A stretch of DNA of 64,000 bases from Seison nebaliae (lineage: Eukaryota). The notes under the pieces were generated by a model that saw only the letters and a list, made by a program, of their open reading frames with translations, was not told the origin of the DNA and ran no database searches. The stretch lies in the NCBI GenBank assembly GCA_023231475.1, contig JALJEE010001061.1, forward strand, positions 1 through 64,000, given 5' to 3'. Position numbers and translations under genes: made by a program. Below are positions 37,305 through 47,439 of the stretch, one piece after another (the stretch's first letter is position 1; each line of letters starts with the position of its first letter).

Positions 37305-37706
37305 TTATTTTCTTAATGGAAATGGAGTTGAACCGAACATCGAGTAATCGTAATCTTCCATTGTTGTATATTTTCCATTAATAAAATCATATTTTCGTGT
37401 TGTTGTTCTTCGTTTCGGTGGTGTGCTAATTGGAGGACGGACACCTAAAACTTGCTGTAATTGTTGTAAGGCTTGTTTGTTTTGTTGTAAATAATTTATA
37501 ATTTGCATGAGATCAAGTTGTTGTGGTTGTTGTTGAGGATATTGGAACTGATATTGGTATTGGTATGGATATTGTGGAGGATATTGTTGAGGATATTGTT
37601 GAGGATATTGTTGAGGATATCGTTGGGGTAGTTGCGTATATTGTTGAGAGTAACTTTGACCCAACAACACCCCAAAGACTGATAATAGAATGATCGTTTT
37701 GAACAT
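37305..37706 (-). CDS. Secreted Gln/Pro/Tyr-rich peptide, copy 2, with extra PQQY repeats, intronless
   Basis: MFKTIILLSVFGVLLGQSYSQQ..YPQQYPQQYPQQYPPQYPYQYQY..INYLQQNKQALQ..PPKRRTT..YTTMEDYDY..STPFPLRK. 12-bp unit ggatattgttga near 37579-37620. Confidence 0.85.
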   Translation of the reverse strand: MFKTIILLSVFGVLLGQSYSQQYTQLPQRYPQQYPQQYPQQYPPQYPYQYQYQFQYPQQQPQQLDLMQIINYLQQNKQALQQLQQVLGVRPPISTPPKRRTTTRKYDFINGKYTTMEDYDYSMFGSTPFPLRK

Positions 37707-37803
37707 TTTTAATAAATTATTTTTATAAAAAGTTTGCTGATAATTCTGCTGAAATTACCTACCAATTTATGTTCTCAATATAGACAAAGATTTTTTACAA
37801 ATT

Positions 37804-37833
37804 GTCTTATTTGTTTTCAGCATGGTCATAATA
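37804..37833. promoter_or_regulatory. Conserved upstream block of the QPY peptide gene, copy 2
   Basis: gtcttatttgttttcagcatggtcataata, matching 36244-36273. Confidence 0.55.
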
Positions 37834-39283
37834 GGAATTATCACCTTTAAAATTAACAAATAACATTGTTTAATTCTCTTTGATATTGGTAGGACATTTC
37901 CATTTTAAATCTCTCTTCGTTTGCGAAAGATTCTATAAACAACAGTTCGTAACTTTTTCTGTTGAATTGGAATAGAGAAGCACAAGTTTTTTGAAGTTTC
38001 GGTTTCTAAAACAGTTCAGTTGAGTTAGAAGATTTACTTGTTGTTTCCTTATGAATCAGTCTGATAACTTAAAAATTATATATAGATGAGATAGTACTGG
38101 ATAAACAGAGCACATATAATATTCCCAAAAGAATCACAAGGGCCATTAAAATTTTAATTTTATTTACAATTTCGTATCTATCAGTATTGTCGTACAAAGT
38201 GGTTATAAACTCGGTCAATACTTATACTTTCCATAGAATTATATCAAAATTTGAAATGAATTCCAACAACACGAGATGTTTCTGATTTAGTTTACTTTTT
38301 TTTATTAATCAGTCAAATCTCCACGGGGTAAATTATATTATGGATCAATAACTTTAACTTTTTTAATAATAATAAAATTCAAATTTAAAAACCTCAAAAA
38401 ATTCATAAACCTGAAAAATAATTCTGTTTTTAAGGATATTCCATAATATGCAAGATTTAAAGAGCCATAGAGAATGCAAATGTTAGATTTTTGTAAAATT
38501 CTTAATAGCTAAATTTAAAAAATTATAAAAAATTAAATGACTATTATAATATATTTAATATTATATATATAATTACGAAGCAGCTTGATGATAATAAGAA
38601 AATTTTAGCATGGTTGTTTAACCTTAAAATTCGAAGAATATGGAAATTAAGAATTTTGGAAATTAACTTAAAATTATTTTTCTACAATCGGTAACCATTC
38701 AAAATAAAGATTAATTTTCCTTTTATTCAGACGATTTTATCTTAAAACAAATCTCTTTTTTATCTGGTAATGTGAAATTGTTAATATTCGTTAATTTTAT
38801 TAGATTATCGCCGAGAAGCGTCATAAGAAATGTTGACGACTAACGAGGTTTTTCAACTGACTTTCAATAAGTCAGTTGAGAAACAGATTAATAAATATGA
38901 GAAGAAATTGAGAGAATTCTTCCAATTGAGTCATTTTACAAGTTGAAAATTTTGACTTTACATTTCACTCTGTCTTCTGAAATCTTCTGTTGTTTTAAAG
39001 AAAGTATTCGAGAAAATAAAATAATTTACACTGTCCAATCATCCAATAAACGTTTTGAAAAAAGTACATTTAAAGTTAAACGAGAATATTTTCGAGAAAT
39101 ATTTTATCTGTATTTTTCCAGGTTTATTTCAACAATATCATAAAGATCGAAGATCATTCAAGTGAGATTTGTGTGTCAGGCGGATGGATTTCTTTATTGT
39201 CCACTCAATTTTTCCAACATTATCTCGCCATTACTTTGGGTGTTGTGGTGGAGAAGCGTTGTGAAAAGAAGGAACGATTATTT

Positions 39284-40885
39284 ATGGCGAACACAGGTCA
39301 ATTGGTGGACAAACAATTTCTTTTAATGACTCAAAATACACTGAAAAGATTGAGACGGAAGAAGGTGGGAAAAAGTGAAATTTCATTCGATTCGTCAATA
39401 TTGGCCATTGTGGAAGTGGTGAAAACATTTCGGAATTATGATGTGAAGAATATCACTGAAAATGTCAACAATTCCTTCAATTTGTTCGATGGGAAAGCAG
39501 ATCAACATTTCATGAAATATTTGAATAATTTCAATCAATTATTCGAAATGAAGAAACAAAAAGAGAAATTGCCAAATACGAAAGATAAATTGGAAAATGA
39601 GATCGGAAATGAAGAAAATTTGTCGAAAGAAAAAACGAAATTGTCGGAAAATGATAACGAACAGTCAACGGAATCGGTTGAAGATTTATCGATGTTGTTG
39701 AGTAATTTAAGTTTCGATCTCTCACAAGGTCTTTCCAACAGTACACCGAAAAAACAAGTGGAATTAATCGATTTAACGAAAGATGACAATATTTTGAAGA
39801 GGAAAGGAAATGTTGTTGAATTGAAGGAAGAGAAAAAATCGGAGGAGATTCATCGAGATAATAAAAATGAAATTTTCAAAATTCCGTTGAAAAAACCAGA
39901 AAATTTCGTCACGAAAGATGTGATTGATTCGAAATTTTCTTGTCCCTCAACGAAGATTGGGATGGAGAATTTTTATCGATTTCCCAAAACTTCCACGAAT
40001 GAAACAAAATTTCAAAAGATTCATGATCATAATGCGAATTGGAAGAATAAGAAACGAATAAACGACAAAAACCATCGACGGAATCGTCGAGAACAATTTC
40101 GTTTTAATAAAAGAAATTTGACTTATTCACGACAGAACATACAACGATCGAAAACGGTTGAAAATAAAATTTCGAAATTTCCTCAACGATCCGAACAGAA
40201 ATCACAGCAAACAAAACGAACAACAATACCATCAAATTTCCAGTTTGGAGAAAATAATTATCGTGAAGTTTTCCCCGCACTCCAAAACATCAACAATCGA
40301 CGTATTGTCGTTGTGGATGGAATGAATATCATTAATTACGGGAGACAATTCCGGAAGAATCAAGACGGTCAACTCTGGCGGTTATGTTCTCTCTTGGAAT
40401 ATTTCGCATTGAAGAATCATGTGATTGTGGTAATGCCGAGAAAAGTATTCAGTAATTTTAGTAATCGAAATGAGAATGATGAAAATAAGAAATCTGTAAA
40501 TATAATCGTTGGAAAGTTGTCGGAAGATCAATTAGTATTAACTCCACATAAAGTGACAGATGGTCGAACGATTTCTCCCTATGATGATCGGCTAGTGTTT
40601 TCTATAATGATTTAATTTTTTCAATGATTCATAGATATGTGCTCGATATTGCATTGCGGAAGAATGCTATTGTAATTAGCAATGACTCATTTCGAGATTT
40701 ATGTCAGGAGAATGCTGATTATGCTCTTCATTTAACCGAAAAGTTTCTTTCCATTTTATTTCGATATTTGAATTTAATGTCTTATGATTAGCCTGGTTGG
40801 ATATGCATTTATGGAAAAATATTTTATGCCTGCTACCGATCCGAACGGAAGACATGGGAAAAAATTGAATGAACTTCTTGAATGA
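39284..40885 (+). CDS. NYN/PIN-domain endoribonuclease of the Regnase-1 (Zc3h12)/N4BP1 family, 3 exons
   Basis: RIVVVDGMNI, LVLTP, PYDDR|YVLDIA, IVISNDSFRD, FMPATDPNGRHG. Introns 40591-40634 (GC-AG) and about 40743-40790. No CCCH finger follows the domain. Confidence 0.88.
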
Positions 40886-41164
40886 AAAATATGGTTTGGT
40901 TAAAATCATCACTTTCTTATGAAACCACATTTTCCTGTTTTCCCTCATTAATATCATGAATATATTTTCTTATTTACAGCATTTAAAATTGGCAAACTCT
41001 AATTTGAAATAAAACATTTAATGATATTTTTTAATGAATTTTGAATTAGGAACTTACAAGAGATTGTATGTTTGTAAGGTTTGTAAGATTTTATGATTGA
41101 ACTAGGAAAAAGAGAGAAAGGTATCAGAAGAAAAGAAAAATTAATTGATATATGAATAGGAAAT

Positions 41165-41501
41165 CCCATCTCCAAATCAATTCGACGGATTGTCCTCCAA
41201 ACGGTCGTTTTCGAATATTCTAAATGGAAACGGTCCATACCGACTTTAACGTTGGAGTTGCGGTTGCCAAAAATAAATTTCTTGATTTTTAGTTTCGTAC
41301 GTCCGTTTATGAAAGATTCAAATTTTCTTTTCTTCAATCAAACGTAACCTTTCCGCTTTTACTAATTCGTCCCACTTTGGCCAAAGAAACAGCTAATTCC
41401 TTCGAAACCTGCCTTATATTTTTGTTGCCTTTATAGGCATGTAAAATAGCGGATTATAAATCTTGACTTAGTTTTTTTGATTTACAAACATTGTTAGTCA
41501 T
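41165..41501 (-). mobile_element. Decayed Tc1-family transposase fragment (N-terminal paired HTH region only)
   Basis: MTNNVCKSKKLSQDL*SAILHAYKGNKNIRQVSKELAVSLAKVGRI..*, a frameshift, then ..YSKTTVWRTIRR. This resembles the Tc1/Sleeping Beauty N-terminus (KSKEISQDLRKKIVDLHK..VSISTVKRVL). No DDE domain seen. Confidence 0.7.
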
Positions 41502-42295
41502 TTTAAAATTATGCGTGTTTTATTTCAAAAAAATTCAATTTTTAATATGTCCCAAAAAATAAGGTTAAAACACGTTAAAAAAGCTTTGTCTCACAATCTA
41601 TGATTTTCTTTGAAACTTTTCCTCATTATACACGGGATTTCTTATGTTCCACAATTTATGAAACACAGCATTATTCAAGTTAAAAGATACTCCTAGTTCC
41701 TCAAACGTTCCAGATAAGGTTCTTAAACAGGAAGACGAAGCCCTAAAGGTGTAAAACTGAATGAAACTTATACTCTATTTTCTTGGAAACGAATGTTCTT
41801 ACAAATTCTTTAGATTCACGACGAAAAAATAAGTAGAGTATCACTGTTAACAAAATAGTGATCTCAAAATCTTCGTCAAATGCTGAAGAAATCGGTGTCA
41901 AGAACAAATCAACGACAAAAATTAAAAAAAAACATATTCCAATTTCCTGACAAAAATATTAACAGTTTTTTGTGAACGTATAAACGAAAAAAATCGAAAT
42001 GATATTTTATTGAAATTCTTAAACGAAGAGAAATTAATTTGAATTCATTCCTCATCCAATATAGGATGAATATTTTTGGATGAGAATTTTAAAGGAACTT
42101 TTTATGAACAGAAAACGAAATAAAACTTCTTTCGTCATCGAAATTGAGAAAGAATAAAGGATAATTGGGAAAAACTCGATTTCAACGAAAAAAAGGAAAT
42201 GTTTATTTTTCTTCAGAAGTCATTCTTTTTTGAATTTTTAATAATTTGATTAATTTTTTTCTATTTGAACAATAAGGATTCCATTCAAATTCCGT

Positions 42296-45200
42296 TTAAG
42301 AATTCCACATTTGTGATTTTTTCACTCTGAAAATTGAAGAAAATTGAAAGAAAATTATAAATTGTTTAGAATAATGAAATGATGTAAAGAATTCGATGGT
42401 TTTAGAGAAAATAATTAATAAACGTTAATATTGATTGTTATTGAATATGAAGAAAATGATTGTTAGAATGTTAATAGAAAGAACTGTGAAACAATTCAGA
42501 AGACCAGGTTTTTATGATAAAACTAAAAGAATTGTTTGAATGGGAATTAATCAATTCAAAAACAAATCATAAATCACCAGTCTTCCAAATCGTCAAACAT
42601 GATATTAATTGATAATTGGGGAAAGAATAAAATTAAATTTTGTACTAACATCTCTTGTAGTGAACGTTGGGCGTCAGCTATCTGTTTATCTGTTCCAATT
42701 AATGTAATTATTCGGTCATTTCCTGTTTCGTAAGCGGACAGAACGATTTTAGTATTTGTTTCTATTGAAACTTTCTGTAACTTCTCACCTGTTTCTCCCA
42801 GTAAAATTGGTGCCAACTACAAAAGAATAATTGAAGAATGAACATGAAAAGAAGAAGGAACAGCATTTTCAATAGTGACGGCATTCCGTACCAATTTCTC
42901 GTTTTGAGTCAAACGACGACTGTCATAAGTGAATTCTCGATGGCACCATAATTTACCGTTCATTAAGGATTTGGGTGCGTTTTCGTAAGAGTTTTTCATT
43001 GGTGTAAAACTCGACTTTTCATTAGTTGGCATTCTCGGATATGGTTGATAAATTGGGAATTGACATCTTAAAAAGAAATTAAATTTTAATAAATAATATT
43101 CAATTAAATAAAAGAAATTTTAAAAAATCATTCAAACCGGTCACTATTATCAGAATTTTGAGTGTTCGGATTAGTATTCCTGGGATTGACTGGATCGGTC
43201 AATTTGTCTCCATCATATCGATTGTAAGGGATAGATGATGGTGGTTGGGGGAAACTATCGTTTCTTAACCGTTTGTTCGATGCATATGGATGGACGTTAG
43301 AGATGGTGGAATTTCGGTTGGTTGACATCGACGAATTTGGATTATATTGAATCGAATTATGATATTGTTGCATAGGAGGCTGATTATTGAAATTCGATTC
43401 TCCTTTGTATGTTTGATCGGAAAATGGTGAACGAGGACGATATCGTTTTCTTTCACCGAACGACGTCGTAGCATTTGATGCTGTCGGACCACCATAAGTC
43501 GGATCCTGTTGATAAAATGGATAATTTCGTTGATTATTATATGATCGAATTGTGTCTGTATTTTTATACGACATAAATTTCGATGAATCTCCACCATCAT
43601 AATTGCTTTTATTTCTCATTCCATTATTATCGTACATTGACGATTGGAAATTGGTGTTGCAGGAATAATTTAAAGAATTTCCTTCAAAATTATGATTTTG
43701 ATTATTTCGTTTCAAACTCTGTTGTCCCATATTCTTCTGATGATGATATGGATCTTTACTCTTGCCAACATCTTTCACCAGATAATGATCATTCGTCATC
43801 CATCCACCATACAAATGTGCGAAATCCTCGTTATAATTGAACGGATCATAATTCGTAATTGGTCCTCGTGGCGGGGCGAGTCGACATGATTCCATAATTT
43901 CTCCGATACACTTCTTTATTTCGTCTAATTTGCCTTGTAGACGAACAACTCGATCCGTCGACGCCGGACAACATTCGGCGTAACATCGTAAATCGATTTT
44001 ATATGACTATCATGAGGAAAATAATTGAATTTAGGAAATGTGATTAATAGATTAATTAATAATAGGGAAAAAATTGATTAATCAAAGAAAAACCTTTCTT
44101 AAATTTTTTATTTTATCTCCGCGCTTCCCAATCACACATCCAGCTTGTGATGCATGAAGTAGAAATCTGACGTCATGATCGATCTCTTCTTCCTTCTTTC
44201 CTACGATATCCAATTCGCGCTGTTCAAAAGATGGTTTTAGAGAAAGAGAATGAGATGATAATATACTGACTTCGGATAAAAGAACGTAAGCATCTCCCAA
44301 ACACTTCAATGTGTCATCTAATGCACCTTCGATTGTCAACAATCTGAAAAAGAGGAAATATTTTAATAGGAGAAAATTGAGGAGGAGGAGGAGGAGGATG
44401 AAAAAGAAAGAAATGAATTAGATGAAAATGATCGAATTGAAGGAAGAAATAAAGGTTGATTAATTGAAATTTAAAAGAAAATTTTTTTCTCATTCACAGA
44501 TGGTGGGAAGATTTAAGGTTGGACTCATCCTTGTCGTCAAAGATGATGAGAGCAGAAGATGAAATGAGGTTAACCGTTCAGGGCCCTTGCAATCCGGTAC
44601 GTTAACTCCGACATTATTCTATAGCGTTGATGGTTAAGGAATGGTCGGTCGGTCGGTCGGTCGGTCAGATAGATAGATAGATACCCATTACCATAGGAAG
44701 ACAGCGGCGTTCAGATAATGGTAATGGTGAGATTTCGGTGATGACGGTATAAGGGACATCATTTATCGTTCAACGTAATCGATCAATCAATCGATATTGG
44801 ATTTCATTAAATTTTCAGTCAATTCGATAATTTTTTCAGGAATTCAAGAATATAATTTTTGTTCAGGATAAATTCAAGAATATATTTTTCGTTCAGGATA
44901 AATTCAGGAATATATGAGGCCATATCAGGAATTGGAATTCAATTGCATATTAACAATTTGCAACATAAATAGAAAGAAGAAGAAGGAACAAGGAAAGATT
45001 AATTAACGAATTCGTGTTACTCTTCTATCAGTCTCCTAATCATTTTAACCATATCTCATCGTCATTATATGAACGATTTAGAAAGACAAGGGAAATGGCG
45101 GATAAAAGTGTGAAGAAAAAAGAAATTCTACTAACATCACTTCGCAATCGTTTGATATTGGTCCCGCCTTTCCCGATCAACGCACCAGCATGCTACCAAT

Positions 45201-47048
45201 TTGAAAGAAGATTATGATGAGGGAGAATATATATCGAAATGAAGAATTTATCGTTAGAAATGTTCTTTGTGGAAAGCGATTGAGATGAAAGTGAAATGGA
45301 AAGAAATTCGATAATTCCATAAAAATGCAAAGAAATGACGAGAGGAATGCATAAGAGAAATTATTTTGAATGGAATTGGAGAATAATCATTCACACACAA
45401 ACAATACATGTCATACAAATAAAATAAACGCTGATTGTTGCCATGGAAACTGGTGGAATGACTACATCGATTCACTTACCATTTTCCATTCATCCACGCG
45501 ACCTCATTATATTTTTGTTCATAATCAACTTCTTCTTCTTCTTTCCGTCTCTTCACAATCAATGGACGATCAAGAAAAAAAAAATCAATACTTTCTTTCA
45601 TTTCGACAAACAAATGGAAATTCCACAGCAAATCTTCTTCATCGTAATCAATTTTGATTAGATGAAAGAAAAATCTCTTTTCCCAAAAATATTAAAAGGA
45701 AATTGAGGAAGAAAATTCGATGTAATTCTTTCTGTGCACAAATGGAGAATGCACAATCATTTTCAAACAAGTTGCACGAAATCATTTATTAAATTGTTAC
45801 CATGGAAACGTTTGGTATGACAACTGATTTTATTTGTATAACATTTCCTTCTAACTACAATCATACATGTCACATCTCTCTTTATCAGACACATGGACAG
45901 GAGAAGTGCATTTTCTATTATCAGTCCATCTAAACACTACGATTAACATCATGATAATTATGGTGGAATTACAGGTGCTTTCATCATTCTCCTAATAGAT
46001 TCGATTAGAAATTCGTTTCTATGGAATCTGATCCGGAGACGAATAATAATATTCTATTTCGCTCAATAAACAAATTAACGTAGCGACAATAAATTGGACT
46101 CGTATTTCCTCGTATCAGAACAATGAGGAAATTAGAAGAACTCGCTAATTTTATCGAAATAATCAAAAAGAAACTAACGCGACTGGGAACGAGTAATCGA
46201 AGTAGAGTGTCATCTTTGGAACGAGCACGTTTTCCTTTCAATGATCGTCGATATGATTCCGAATTTCTCGAATCATGTGACCGTTTCCCATGATTACTAT
46301 TTGAATGATGATGATTATTGGGAAATCGATGAGATCGATTCTTTTGATGATTTCCAGAATTATTTTTCCTGTTTGATGTTTTTTCGTCGTTTTTCCGATT
46401 AGCATTTTTCTCTCTTAAATTTGATTGTTCTCCATCAGTTTTCGTTGTAACTTCTTCTATTTTCGACGTTTCATCGATTTTCGGTTGTTCTTCCTTCGAT
46501 TCTGTTGATATAGTATTCGTCTGATTTTCTGATGGATTTGTTGGATTGATTATCGAATTATCTTCATTCAAATTTTCTGATTTCTCCTTCGGTTTCTCCT
46601 CTGATACATTTATGGAAGTCTCGATATCTGATTCCTGTTCCGTTGTCAAATTTGTTACAGGAATATTATCTGATTCTTTTTTTATTTCAGTCAATTTCTC
46701 GATATCGATGTTGGTGTTTTGATCACTTTTTACCATATTCTCTCCTGTATCTGTCGAATTTTCAACTTTATCGACAACTTCAACGGAATTTATCGCTGTT
46801 TCTTCAGATTTCATTTCCGTTTTTTCACTCTCTCTTACCATCTTCTCATTTGCTACAGGATTGTCGTCTTCCTTACAATCTGCCGTTTTTCCATCTTTTA
46901 GGGGATCGTTGGGCGATTGTTTCTCTCCTTCACTTATCGTCGCGTCGTTTATAATTTTTGTTTCTATTTCTCGTAAGACGACAGCAGAATTGTCTTCTAC
47001 CTTCATATCTTTCGTTGATTCGTTTACTTGGTCGACAACTTCCTCCAT
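42296..47048 (-). CDS. HNRNPK: Heterogeneous nuclear ribonucleoprotein K (3 KH domains) with an acidic N-terminal extension, 9 exons
   Basis: LRLLVPSR|HAGALIGKGGTNIKRLRSD|..VPDCKGPER|LLTI. KH2 VRFLLHASQAGCVIGKRGDKIKNLRK|..ECCPASTDRVV..YDPFNY..YGG. KH3 VTIENA|LAPILLGETG..DRIITLIGTDKQIADAQRSLQE. The last exon is inferred. Confidence 0.9.
44643..44682. repeat. Compound microsatellite (GGTC)n(AGAT)n in an hnRNP K intron
   Basis: ggtcggtcggtcggtcggtcggtcagatagatagatagat read directly. Confidence 0.9.
44841..44914. repeat. 30-bp tandem repeat, about 2.5 copies
   Basis: aattcaagaatataatttttgttcaggata / aattcaagaatatatttttcgttcaggata / aattcaggaatata. Confidence 0.85.
45437..45450. promoter_or_regulatory. 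RFX X-box-like motif
   Basis: GTTGCCATGGAAAC fits the X-box consensus GTTNCCATGGNAAC. Confidence 0.5.
45796..45809. promoter_or_regulatory. RFX X-box-like motif, second copy
   Basis: GTTACCATGGAAAC, followed directly by a degenerate third site GTTTGGTATGACAAC. Confidence 0.5.
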
Positions 47049-47439
47049 TACGTATGACAATGATGATGGACAATATATCCAATGATTTGATGAGTCGTCT
47101 AACAATTTGGATAAATTGGATCGTTTCAATTGCACCTTCCTATCAAGATGAATGAGAATAATTTCCGATTTTGCAATGCTTTATCTGAAGCTTTAACGAA
47201 TATATAATATCTGAGTAATATACAAAACAGAAAAATTGATGATTAGAAGAAATTGAACATCTTCCCCAAAATTAAATTTTAAATTTTAAGCCTTTATCAA
47301 AATTCTTAACAACAACAGTGGAAATTGGTTGAAAGTGGACGAAATGAGTTAATTCGTATTTCAATTTTCAAATGCACAACGAATTGTTTATTTTGTAATG
47401 TATTGTTTGTTTGTGTATTGAGAAGACAAAGGAAGAAAT

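Noticed and set aside
44841..44914. 30-bp direct repeats considered as a CRISPR-like array
   Set aside because: Head-to-tail units without spacers inside a eukaryotic intron: a simple minisatellite.
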